NCBI GenBank assembly: GCA_008632985.1
Contig: QPGO01000125.1
Span: 62,001-126,000 of the forward strand
DNA length: 64,000 bases
Origin: Psammoneis japonica
Taxonomy: Eukaryota
Direction of reading: 5' to 3'
Position numbers and translations under genes: made by a program. Within the stretch, counting starts at the first letter, position 1; each line of letters starts with the position of its first letter. The notes beneath the pieces are model-generated. The model worked only from the letters and a program-made list of their open reading frames with translations, was not told the DNA's origin and did not search any database. Below, piece by piece: positions 11,069-23,349 of the stretch.

Positions 11069-12698
11069 GATAGTGCTTGCGTTATTCTCGCTTCTGTTTC
11101 TCCTCGGATGATTCGATTCTTTGTGACACTGTGGCACAACAGCAAACTCAGCGTTCCTCCTCGCGTTTCACCCCTGATTCCAACTCCGCGAAAAGGCGAA
11201 GCTCAAAGCTGCACAGAAGAATAGAACGATGGCGATGACATAAAAATCCTTGGCGATAACTCCTTCTGCTTTCCGTCCCAGCTCCATGATGCCACGTGTA
11301 AAAATTAACCCCCCGTTTTTAACCAAATACCCACTTCGATCGACTAACAGTATACAGATACGAAGTTCACAACACTTTTGGGGGCCTAGAATGGGGGTGA
11401 ACGTTAGTTTTTACCCAATCACTGAAAATTGACTCTCGCACTTTCCCGTGCAATAAAGGTGCTCCACGAAAGTTAGTTCTATTTTCAAATACTAGATACC
11501 ATGAACAATACATACTTAATACATTCTCGTAAGACATCGGTTTAAAGAGTAGGAGACTGATAATGCTCATATCTTGTTTATTTTGTGGCTCTATCGGGGG
11601 TCAAAGTCTAGTTAATTCTTCCAAAAATTTCGAGTCGTGTAGGTCATACGGGATTCAAGACACGTGACTCACTGTACGATGAAGGGAAATTGACCCTTTC
11701 TCGACAACGAGATTAGATGATAACATCAACACAAGGCCTATTTCATGGCTATATTCTATTCTCTAATCCATGGCTGGCCTCGTGACAACTATATTTGACA
11801 TCTTTTATGCTATAAATTGGCGAAAGAATCCATGAATACTCATTTACAAGATACACTTTTCTATTTTGAGATTTGACATTTGTGTCTTTGCGATGAATCT
11901 AGAGTAGATACAAGCCAGGGAGGAGCTCTATTCACTACTATTAGTCATTATATAGAATAACAGCATAAGAATAATTTTGTCAACATTGTTTGAATTCTTT
12001 TTTCTTGAACGGTACGCCAACTTCATTCTGCATTTTCACTGCCATCCGCCCGACTCTCTCCCATTCAAGAATACTTGGCTGAATGCATCACAGTTGCTTT
12101 ATCAAAGTCTTAAGAATATTTGTCTGATCAATTACATTTCTCAAATGGGTTTGACGATGTGTCGTCATTGGATTCTTCGTCGATGTGCTCATGCTAGGAA
12201 AGACAATTAGAATTGGCTGCGGCGGTAAGAAGGTCGAGTAAGACAACAAGCGGTGAGCCTTGGACACATTGACAACACCATTTCGATTTTCAATTTACTT
12301 GCCTTTTTATAAAGTCGGACTTTAACGCAGCGGGTGCCGGAAATCCGGTTGGTGGCGGGCGCACGAAGAATCGGCACGAGTCATCGCTCCACAACGAAGC
12401 GAAACGGTATGTTTCAATATTTCTCACCAAATTGTACGTCTCCGAATGGACGATTACAACCTTATATCGATGAGGGTCTAATAGAGCTTCTGTTGTAATG
12501 GTCCAAAAAAAGACGAATGTTTAGACACCTTATCTATGGCGTCAATGTCATCGTCGGCTCCGGCGGGTTTTTGACAATTTCTCCGTGCTGTCACCACGGT
12601 GGTGGTCTGTACGCTCATCCGGAGCGCGCCTGCCATGCCAGTTTGAAGTTACCGGTACGGTATTGTAGCAGCACAACAACACTTTGCACGAAAACACC

Positions 12699-13736
12699 AT
12701 GGCGACACCGATTGGCGGCGGTACCGGCGCTTCTGTAGCTCTGCACTCGAATCCTGGTGGATCGAGTGGTGGTATGGATGAACTTTTGCCACTTGTGCTA
12801 CAGCTTACGAATCCTGACCAGGTAAGTTACTCTGAGTATGAGAGAATTAGACTGCGTGTGCATTTTGAAATTTGTCGCTCTCAAACATGCCGAATTTACC
12901 CTCTTCTGCTTCTTCTTGTTTGATAGAGAGAAGTAGTGCTGCTGGAACTGTCTAAGAAACGGGAAAACTTTGTCGATTTGGCCCCGATTTTGTGGCATTC
13001 CTGCGGAACCGTGGCGGCTTTGCTTCAGGAGATTTGTTCAATTTACCCCCTCCTGACACCGCCGACATTGACGGCGCATGCTTCCAATCGCGTCTGCAAC
13101 GCCTTGGCGCTCCTGCAGTGTGTAGCATCCCATGCAGATACCCGTGCACCCTTTTTGGCAGCGCACATTCCGCTCTATCTCTATCCCTTTCTCAACACGC
13201 AGTCCAAGTCGCGGCCCTTTGAATATCTGAGGTTAACAAGTCTAGGTGTGATTGGTGCGCTAGTCAAGGTGGATGATGCTGAAGTGATTGCATTTTTGCT
13301 AAAGACTGAAATCATTCCACTGTGTCTCCGCATTATGGAGACGGGATCCGAATTAAGCAAGACAGTCGCCACCTTTATTGTTCAAAAGATTCTGCTGGAT
13401 GAGACTGGCTTGGCCTATGTTTGCGCCACTGCCGAACGCTTTTATGCCGTGTCTACTGTTTTAGCCAACATGGTGGCCTTGCTGCAAGTCCATCCCTCGA
13501 TTCGTCTCTTGAAACACGTTGTGCGGTGCTTTTTGAGGCTTGCCGACAATGCTCGTGCACGAGAAGCCTTGCGGACAAACCTGCCGTCGGCCTTGAGAGA
13601 CAATACCTTTCAGGCGTCTCTACACAATGATGCAACGGTACAAAAGTGGCTGTCGCAATTGCTTGCCGTAGTGGGTCCCGCACCCACGGAGATAACTGGA
13701 GCTGACAATGGTTTCGGAACCGAACCGAATCAATAA
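12699..13736 (+). CDS. CNOT9: CCR4-NOT subunit 9 / cell differentiation protein RCD1; exons 12699-12821 and 12927-13736
   Basis: Highly conserved [45 protein letters not shown] and [17 protein letters not shown]. In-phase intron. Confidence 0.97.
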
Positions 13737-14923
13737 CGTGGCATCATTTGAAACCTCTGCGGTGGTTTTGCCCGGTGAGTTAACGTTTGTTGGCTACGAC
13801 TACAGTAGTTGGGTAGAGCGAAAGAAATAGTTCTAAGGACTCGCTTTTGTTATGCTTTGCTGTATTATGTCGTACGAGTACGTAGAGTCCCTTGCTCCTC
13901 GGCATACATCAGGCGAAAGGACACGTGAAGGGTTGTATTCGGGTGAAAAATACTACAGTAGCAGCACTCGTTGGAGCGGCTTACAAAAAATGTAAACTTG
14001 GGTTGCATAATAGACTGGTTTAAACGCGATTGTGTCCATGTGTATTTGGTAAGGTTGGCTTCATATAAGTCTCTATCTGTAGCTGGATGAGGAGATGTGC
14101 GGTGGCGCAATCATGCTACGCTCCAGCGGCGAAAGAGTAGTGCTCAGCAGTGGTGCAATATACTTTTTCGACGGGCTACAGTTGTTCTCTAGCTAGTTCC
14201 AATCTGAGGTTCTGGGTCTCGTGTTGGCTCCCTAGAGCCTTACTCTAGAGATTATCTTGGTTTTCTATGAGGAACCGTCGAGAAGAGAGGGGCATGCTAG
14301 ACTGCCACAACAGAACATCGTCCGGTAGACAATTTCTCCTGCGCACAACACAACATTGCAAATTTCTCTTTCTGACATGAAAGCAAGCTTTTTTTGGTGG
14401 CTTCAATACTCTCTAGAGTATGAGAGTAGAACTCTTTGTTTAGTTACTTCTTTTATCCTCATCATTTGCTATATAATATGTAGAATCTAGAGAGTGCTCC
14501 TCTGTCGCAGCATGTGGTGTTCCTGGTAAAAAGGTGATCCTCCTTCTACAGTACCGTAAGAGTTTCTAACCCCTAACATACCAAAGTTGTTGAAAGCATC
14601 TCCGTTGAAACGTTCACGCTAATGTAGAGTTTTGGGTATAGCCCCTACTACTAGAAGATAGATTCATCGAAGATTCTATAATACGGGACTCGCGGGTTCC
14701 GAAGACTTTGAACTTTCGTGCTTTAGGAATAGATTGAATTGTGACCGACAACAGGGATTGGCAACCAGCGGAGAAACAGACGATAAGAGATGAATCTACT
14801 CTCTAGATACGCTTGATAGCAAGATTGAGTATATGTCATAGCGTCTATTGGGTCTTTATATTACGTAAGGTAGCATCGTTGTTGAATGATATAGCATATT
14901 GTGTGTGTCCCCGAATGATCTCA

Positions 14924-15373
14924 CTAAGCTAGCACCACCTTTTGTCCGGGTTTCAAGTGAGGTAGACAAGGAGCTGGCGCCAAGGGTCGTCCCACGGGTA
15001 GCCCCTCAATTCGTGGCAGGGCCGGGCTTCTCATTCCTCTCAAGGGTGGTGAAGGCATGACGAGAGCCGGAGTGGCTCTGGATCGCTCATTTGCTTCCAA
15101 CACTCGCCTCTTTTTCTGCTGGGGTCCGTCTTCATCATCAGAAATCGCAGCTGCATCAGCTCGTCGCACTTGCTTCTTCGGAAACTGAGAAAAGGTCGAT
15201 GGGTGGAAGAGAGGTTTGAACGATGACTTCGGAGCCGATCGAAGTGCCAATAGAGCATTGGCGGTATCGGCAATCAGAGCTGGCGGCTCTTCCTGATGAT
15301 CGGAGCACGCGCCTCCTCCTTCTTCGTCGGGTTCAATAAGCGCCGCTGGCTTATCAATGCTGGTTACTGTCAT
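14924..15373 (-). CDS. Hypothetical small protein (acidic patch, KKRR NLS-like, Pro-rich C-terminus)
   Basis: 149-aa ORF from ATG 15373 with ANALLAL, SDDED..QKKRR and GRPLAPAPCLP segments and protein-like composition. No family recognised. Confidence 0.6.
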   Translation of the reverse strand: MTVTSIDKPAALIEPDEEGGGACSDHQEEPPALIADTANALLALRSAPKSSFKPLFHPSTFSQFPKKQVRRADAAAISDDEDGPQQKKRRVLEANERSRATPALVMPSPPLRGMRSPALPRIEGLPVGRPLAPAPCLPHLKPGQKVVLA

Positions 15374-16242
15374 TGTAGTGACTTGTTGTGGATAAGAACT
15401 GTAATCGTAAAAGGGTTCGGAAAGGGGACATGAACAAGAAGTGCGAATGAAAATGCGGGTAAAGAAAAATCGACGCCGAGGAAGAAAAGTGACGGGAAGA
15501 ATTGTTTTGAGGCTAACATACTGTGACACCCGTAGAATCTACGTAACGTACCTTGATCCCCTCAATCTCACGCAAGGCGAACCCTTTTTCCTTCCTGTCA
15601 ACTTTTCGGCACTTCTGTGCCACACAACACTGCCATACATTTCTACGAGAGTTGCATTTGCATTCGAAGGAAAGCCACTGATTGGCGAAGGATGTCGCAC
15701 AATCGTCCGTTTTGATCGCGCCTCTGATTGGGAAGTACATGTCGACGTCATCCAAGATTCGATGATTCAAAATTATTATTGGTCTAAAGTGTCTAAAAGG
15801 GGATATACGTCAGCATGATGACACATCAGCGGAAGATTCGATTCTTGATTTCGTTCCTTCTTCTTCCCTTGTAAAAATTGGAAGTGAGAATGCGAACTTC
15901 AGGAAGAAGAACGGTTCTTTGATTACGCCTTGGTGTAACTTCAAGTTATCATTTGAATTATCTTTTGACTAAAGGTGTCAAAAACTAATTGCCCCAGATA
16001 TCCTTTTGACATCTTGGTTGAAGTACAACTTCCACGTGGCGGTCTCAGTGTGGCTCATCAACAGTTTCGAATGCTTCGACTACCCTTTGCGCGCGAGGTA
16101 GTCTTGTTTTCCTCGTCGGTCATTCGTCCGGTACCGCTCATCCGATGAGCCTGTGGAGCCTTCCTTATTATTGTTTTCGAGTTTGTTCCTACCGTACAAC
16201 GGTACTGCAGTTCACTCTACAGTACTCGCTAGCTAGCTCACC

Positions 16243-17940
16243 ATGAACCAACGCCGGTCTCAAGGACGCGGCCGAGACAATCGCCCCGCTTGGTTAGTAC
16301 AACAGGAAGAGCATCGTAATGGAGACATAGCACCAAGGAAAGATTCGCCATCGTCTGCTCCTCCACGAAAGAAAATTCGGGTCGAAACAGTTCCAGAAGA
16401 AAATCTCGCTGTTGAGACCATAAACAATAGCAACGATGAGGCATCGGATAGTGAAGAATTGATGCGTGTCATGGAGGGAGACGACTTTATCAGTGAAGAA
16501 GAAAGGGAAGCACGAGCAGCTGAGCAACGACGACGCTTACGAAAGCAGAGGTTACAGCATCAGAAAAAAGAAGAAGCTCCCGTTCCTCCTCCACCTACTA
16601 CTTTTGATCAGGAACCGAAACCTGCAGAAACTGGTTTCGACATGATCAACGAGGAAGTTCAGGAGGAAAGCAATAGAGAGGACGATGATGACGATGGGTT
16701 CGACATGTTTTCTCCTACTTCAGTGTCGCCACCCAAGGTAGAAAAGAACAGAAAGACTGTCAGTGCTGACGCTTCCAAGCACCACCATCAACAAGATTGG
16801 GATGATGCAGAGGGCTATTACAAAGCAACCATTGGAGAAGAAATAGATTTACAGCACAAGAATGCTAAGTTTCGTGTGTTGGGTATTGTAGGGAAGGGAG
16901 TATTTTCCACAGTCCTCAAGTGCGAAACACAAGACACATCGAGTGACTTGCCGACTCCGTTGGGAGTCAAGTTGATTCGCCATAACGACACCATGGCCAA
17001 GGCTGCTCTGGATGAGATTCGTCACTTGCAAAAATTGCGAAACTGTAGTGGAATTGTCAACTTACACTTACCAAAGCAGCAGGAAGTGTTGGAACACCGA
17101 GGTCACATTGCAATGGTTTTTGACTATGCGCCCTACAACTTGCGGCACGTGCTTCGTAAATTTGGCCGTGGAGTGGGACTGTCTCTTACGGGGGTTCGCG
17201 CTTACTTCTTTCAACTGATACAGGCGTTGTTGCATTTAGAAAAACACAAGTTGGTTCATGCTGATTTGAAACCCGACAACATTTTGGTGAGCGAAGACTT
17301 TAGTACGCTGCAGTTGTGCGACTTTGGTTCCGCCTTTGAAGAAGGGTCTGACGCCATACCCACGCCATACCTTGTGAGTCGCTTCTACCGTGCTCCTGAG
17401 GTCATTCTGGGGCTCTTGCCAACTACCGCCGTTGACTTATGGAGTGTTGCGGTTACGATTGGCGAACTGTTTCTGGGGAAAGTGTTGTTTGATGGAAGAT
17501 CCAACAACGACATGCTGTTACAGTTTATGAATGCATTGGGGGTGTTCTCCAACCGTCTCTTACGACAGCATGCCACAAACTGTCAAAAATTTCCGCTGGA
17601 CAAGCATTTTCAAAGCACAAGTACGAGTGCATCTGGCGGCGGCGGGACCTTTTGGTTTCTGCACAAAACATTGGACAAGGTGACGGGGCAGCCGGTGACT
17701 GTAAACATGACTCTTGTTCAATCCAATTTCCCCAAGACACCCTTGCAACAGCTACTACTGTCCGCAAAATCACCTGGAGATTCGAGAGTAGAGTTGCTGC
17801 AAATGTCAGAACTCATGCTCAAATGTCTGTCGCTTGATCCGTCACGACGAATCGCATTGAAAGATGCTTTACGCCATGACTTTTTCCAAAAGGCGACCAG
17901 TACGTCATCCACTACAACTGTCAAGACTTCATCCACTTAA
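16243..17940 (+). CDS. PRPF4B: Serine/threonine kinase PRP4 (CMGC)
   Basis: WDDAEGYY, GKGVFSTV, HADLKPDN, LCDFGSA, TPYLVSRFYRAPE. Confidence 0.93.
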   Translation: MNQRRSQGRGRDNRPAWLVQQEEHRNGDIAPRKDSPSSAPPRKKIRVETVPEENLAVETINNSNDEASDSEELMRVMEGDDFISEEEREARAAEQRRRLRKQRLQHQKKEEAPVPPPPTTFDQEPKPAETGFDMINEEVQEESNREDDDDDGFDMFSPTSVSPPKVEKNRKTVSADASKHHHQQDWDDAEGYYKATIGEEIDLQHKNAKFRVLGIVGKGVFSTVLKCETQDTSSDLPTPLGVKLIRHNDTMAKAALDEIRHLQKLRNCSGIVNLHLPKQQEVLEHRGHIAMVFDYAPYNLRHVLRKFGRGVGLSLTGVRAYFFQLIQALLHLEKHKLVHADLKPDNILVSEDFSTLQLCDFGSAFEEGSDAIPTPYLVSRFYRAPEVILGLLPTTAVDLWSVAVTIGELFLGKVLFDGRSNNDMLLQFMNALGVFSNRLLRQHATNCQKFPLDKHFQSTSTSASGGGGTFWFLHKTLDKVTGQPVTVNMTLVQSNFPKTPLQQLLLSAKSPGDSRVELLQMSELMLKCLSLDPSRRIALKDALRHDFFQKATSTSSTTTVKTSST

Positions 17941-18164
17941 GTAGAAGAATCTAGGGAGAAAGAATGCAGGTTTGCGGGGATTGAGGAAGCGGCTGCTAAA
18001 ACTGACATTCAAGTAAGCAGAAGCTATTACGACGGTGAGTTGTCTAATCGAGTATACCGAGTACCACCTATCGCGGCCCTGCGGCTACAAGACTACACCC
18101 ATCAACCGGAAATACAGTATACGAGAGCTTTTTCTAGCGCGATAAAAGATATTTCTCTATTGCT

Positions 18165-20835
18165 TTAAACAGCTAGAATATTGTAGTGTCTTCGGATCAA
18201 GAATATGCTGAGAATTACAAGGGCCATTCCTGGAATTATGAGCAAGTTCAACAAGTTCCGTACACTGATCAGTCCCATAAGTGTGATAAACAAGTCACCT
18301 GTGGCCCTCCCAGACTATGTATGAATCGAATGAGAGACTAGAGGTAAGCGTGACGCATCGCCGTCAGAAGAAGCACCAAACCCACTCCACTGTACGTACC
18401 GTGCCCACCAGAGTTGTCAACAGGCCAGAATTGAAAGTCCCCACGGCAAGAGCAGAAGGCACAACCTTGGACATGAGGGAGGCAACATAGCTCTCACACG
18501 CTTCGATACCGCTAAAGGCAATAAGACTCCCGGCAACGTACTTGGCAGGGCCGACGGCGAGCCAGTGACCTTCGTTGTACGTATCATTGTCAGTCGATAC
18601 CAAATCCGTGAGATCGACCATGAAGCACATACCAAACAATGTCACGCCGAGTAGCCATATCGAAAGATAGCGATCCTCGTAATATTGAGATAGCCATCCC
18701 GAAAGAATAGAGACAGGTATCACGATGGTGCCGTTGATTGTGTGGAGAATTCCGACGTGCTTGATTGTCCAACCGTATCTATTCTTAGTGATGACCGAAG
18801 TCGAGCCAACGATGCTTTCTAATGCAATGCGCTTCATGAATATGAGCGACATGCACAATGCAACGGCGACTGTCATGTTGCGAATGCAATGGAGAGGACT
18901 AGTGGTGTTGGGGGGGCTTTCATTCTCGCCGTCCAACCTGGATTCAGCGTCATCTGCTGTCACATCATCAAAAGAACACTTTGACATGTCCATGGAATTC
19001 ACGTCACTGTTGCTATGAATAAGAGATGAATCTTGAGATGATGCTCCCGATGCTGCTGTCATCTCTCGTTTCTTGAGCTCGTCAAGACCAGAACGACTTG
19101 GTTCCTTGAATGTTACAAGAATTGCAATTGCATAGATTGTCCACATTAATGCCATGAAGTAGCCAGGACTTTAAACAGACGAAGAAAACAAACGCATCAG
19201 TCACAAAGCGTACGATGTCTCATTGTATTTATGAGTGATTTCACTTACCCAGTCATGCCGTTAAAGTATTGAGTTCCCAACAGCGGTATTTCAAACTGAA
19301 ACTCAAAAAGATCTAACACAATCGCCATTCCCGGTCCGAGTGCAGCGCCAAGGGCGGTTGCTAACGCAAATGCCGCGCTAGCTGCCGTTCGGAGGCTAAA
19401 GGGAGTTGCATCGGCAACGTACCGTCGGTTGATAATGCGTGGAGCGCCCAATCCCGTAATGGCACGGCCTACAAGGCACATCTCCATGGATTTGAACGAA
19501 TATGCATTTGAATAAAGAAGGTTCCCAACCAGCATGAGGCATGCTGCAAAGAGAATGGGTTCCTTGTACGAGCGGTTGGTCCAAAACGAATAAGCGACAG
19601 CCGATATTAACGCCATCCACGGGGCTGCACCAATCATGATTCCAGACATGGCGTCGTTGCTTCCCAACGCTTCAGCGTAATACGCCGAGCTCGGTTCAAT
19701 AATGTAGTTATTCATCATAAAGAGAAAGCAGGAGATAAGATTGAGAGCCAGAGGCAAAACGTTTTCAGGGTCTATTCGACGATTACTGCCATCGTCTTCC
19801 TCCGCTGATCCCTTCTCTCGCCACCGGGCAATCGTTCTCATTTCTTCCTTGAGATGACGTCCCTTCATGAGAAGGATATTGGGTTCCATGGACAAGCTTG
19901 TAAATACAGATCCCATTAGAAAGTACCGCCTCAACGTGGACTGATGTAACGTAAAAGCAAAAATCGTGAGCGAGTTCATCCCTGCTGAAGCCTTCAACCA
20001 CACACGAAAAAAGAAACAAGACGCAACTTACAATGACTTTGTCTCGAAACACCACATGTCCACCCGCAGCTCTCTCCATGGAATCAAATGTCTTGTCCAA
20101 CAAGTTGCGAAACTGTTGAAATTGTTTAGTAAACTCGAGCCTGTAAGCGTCTTGGGGAGGCAACTTTTGCAGATAGGATGCTTCCATTTCAAACAAAGAA
20201 TCCAAATCCAACAAGCTGCAATCTCCGTTATTTCCTCGTAATTGTTTCTGTAAATACCAATCCGACAAGGGCTTGGCCTTGTAGGTTCTTACAAAAGCAT
20301 CATAGCGCAACAAAATCTGACGTAACGCAACGACATTGACGACCATGAAACTAAACACCTCCAGAATTTCTTGTCCCAGGTCTTGCAGTCCATCATTATT
20401 TGTGGTGGCGTTGCATGTCTTGGAAACAAGAGCTAGCTGACTAGAATAAAAGACAGCCGCGTTGTTCAGCTGACTCTCCAATAAGTTGCAAAATTCATTT
20501 CTTTCCAATGTGGATATCCGATCCAACACTTGATTCTGACTTAATCGTTCGTTTCCAGCGTCATGCGCATCCTGGTATTGAAAGTACCCATCTGTTTCAG
20601 CGTGAGAAGCCTCGTGATGAACAGAAATATTGGTCTTGTCGAGTAAATACGACTCCAGCAACAGCGTCAATTCTTCGTGATCTAATTCAATGCTTCCTTT
20701 TGCTAACAATTCTTTTCTCTTTTGTGAATAGGAACGGAGTTGTTGCTTCAATAGGGCGTAATCCACATAGTGAGCTGACCAATCTACTGGTTCTCTTCGA
20801 ATTGAGCGTTGCAGATAGGAATCAAAGTCCTTCAT
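18165..20835 (-). CDS. SPX-MFS domain protein (vacuolar phosphate transporter-like), multi-exon
   Basis: N-terminal SPX (MKDFDSYL...WSAHYVDYALLKQQL, VNVVALRQILLRYD) followed by MFS helices (MNNYIIEPSS, GRAITGLG, INRRYVAD, GPG). Last exon SGRATGD...LAV* ends at 18165. Confidence 0.88.
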
Positions 20836-21294
20836 ACTGTTTTCGAATCTATTCCTCTTTAGTGCACAACTGCAAACCTTGTCTTTTTCATTTACACCGA
20901 ACCCAAAACCCAAGTCGCATCTGTTACGCTCATCGGTCTCCTCTTTCCTTTGTCTCTTTGTGATCGGCGGCAGAGACGAAAATCGTGTCGCCAAATTTTT
21001 AGATATTTGACATGAAATATTGTATTCATTGATGTATAATTCAAATGACGTTCAACCGTTTAACGGCAGTTGTATCAGAAAAAGAGAGCTTGTCCAAAAT
21101 GTCCGTCTGTTTGTCGGAAGTTTCTTGTCTTCGACGTTTCCGTCATTTTTTGAAAGCGAGACTTCGTTTTGGCAGTGTGGACGATGTCGACCGACGATAG
21201 ACGGACCTTAGCGAGAATGTTTTTCGTTTTTGTGGCATTTTGTGTTGACTGCACGATGTATCGATTGTAGTGCAGTGCGTTAAAGATAGAAACA

Positions 21295-23219
21295 ATGGGA
21301 ACTACAGCATCATCTACAGCGCAGAGAAAGTCAAAGGAGCATGAGGATATTCGTTATCTTGGAAATCGATATCCCTTTGGCGATGCAGAGCTGAAGCGAT
21401 TGTATCGATGCTATTACCTGCTGCGTGCGTGTCCGAATCGCACGTCCTTTATACTCGATTGGGGAATTCACTGCGCAAGTCAGGTAGAAAAAAGACAAGC
21501 ACCTATACTCGAGAAGAGAATCAAGAACGAAATGATTATATCAAGGGAATTGAAGCACAGATCTTACCTGAGAACTTTGGAGAGAGACTCGAACGTGTGG
21601 CCTTTCTGCCTGCTCATTATTCTCAGCAGCAGTTTATGAAATCGTCAGAAAAAGATGCTGCCAAACCAAGCTTATCGTCTCCTCCACCATCAAGACAGAA
21701 GCTTATGTATCGTCGTCAGCTCAAAAGTCCAATAGCTCGTGTAGCGGGTGTTTTTTGCCATTTTCAAAGCAAGATGCGTTTTCTCCGGAAGAACGGATGC
21801 AACTTATTGAAGCGACGCTTGCTGCTAGCCAAACGGATGATATGGAAGGTCTGGAAGCCTTTTTGGAGGGTGTTGCAAACTGCGGACGTCGTGGTGTACG
21901 AAATGCGCTTGGTGTGCTTTTTGATTGCTGTGCAGCAACTTGCAAAGAAAAAGACTCGGCGAATGCCGCTGAGCTCTTGGATTTGGGATATCGCATTGCC
22001 GTAGCAGGAGCCTTTCTCGAGAATGCCTCTACTGATAATATCGAAATGTACTTGCCAGAAGCGTCGAATCATTTTGGGTTAAAAGCATTGACAAACTCTC
22101 TCCTTGAATTTGCCAAGAAGCAACGTTCTTCTCCACATTCGTATGGTGGCGAAACCAACACGAGCAACTTGGACGAAAACACGGTGACAAGGATGGAATT
22201 CACGTCGTGGGCGGAATCGACGGCACCACTACTATCCTCGGCATTGTCGACATTGACCCATGCCATTTTCTTCCCAGACAAACCGTATCCGCCATCAAGA
22301 ACAGCGTTCAAGTTTCCCACCCTTCACAAGACTTCGTCCTTTTTCGAAGCTCCCACGTCGCCTTTGCTATTTAGCTTTGCTTGCATGTCATCCTCTTTGG
22401 GGGAATGGTGAGTCACAACATGACTTCTACATTATGTCTGTTGTGTATTTTAACTATTGTATGAGAGTCTCACACTCCCGTGCTATTTCAACCACAGTGG
22501 CATCGGCTCTTCACGTCGGATAGTGACGGCTTGAGTTTCAATCGCTTGCAATTAGCCTTGCTGGGATACGGTGGTCCTACCTTGCTGGTCGTTCGAGAAC
22601 TAACAATGGCGGAGTATTTGGTGCATTCACAGCCTCGTCGTGGAAGGAAACAAGAGATTTTTATGGAAATTCGGATTGTTTCTTGTTTCAATTGTACCCT
22701 CAGACAGCCGTATACCATCCCAGTGGCAACGGAACCAATTACATGTACTGCAATTCAAACGCCAGATCCAAGGGCTATGATGGTTTGGCACACGGAATCG
22801 GCTTTGGCGGAACTGCAGATCAGCCGCGACTTTTTATCGACGAGAGTCTCGATAATTGCGTCGCCTTGTCTGCCGACATGACGTTTGAGTACGGATCTCT
22901 CTTGCCGACACCACCCAAAACAGACGATGAATTCTATAGTGGCAATGCGAAAAAGAGGTTCGACATTGATGCTCTCGAGGTTTGGGGAGTCGGTGGGAAC
23001 GAGGTGGTTGCCGCGGCATTGGGTGCACGCCAAGCGCAACGAGAGGTGACAGCCGCCAACATTCAGAAGGCGCGCAAGGTTGATAAGGCTGCATTTTTGG
23101 AAGATTTTCAGACAGGCTTGATTGAGAGCAAGGCATTCAAACACCGAGATCAAATTCGGGGACGCGCCGACGCAGCAATTGACGATCGACACAAGAATGG
23201 CTATGTCTACGAGAAATAG
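21295..23219 (+). CDS. TLDc domain protein with putative N-myristoylation site; apparent frameshifts
   Basis: MGTTASS start. TLDc motifs WHRLFTSDSDGLSFNRL, GYGGPTLLVV, GGVFGAF, FYGNSDCFLF, GIGFGG and LEVWGVG. Intron ~22409-22497. Frame changes near 21500, 21750 and 22600. Confidence 0.8.
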
Positions 23220-23349
23220 ATAGAAAGAAATCTTACAAAGCCAGGGAACGTATGTAAAAACATGCGTTAACTAATCACACTCTCTAGAGAAGCCAGTCTG
23301 AAATTGCCATTCATAGTGCCAACGCTTCAGAATGAATAAGATAACAACG

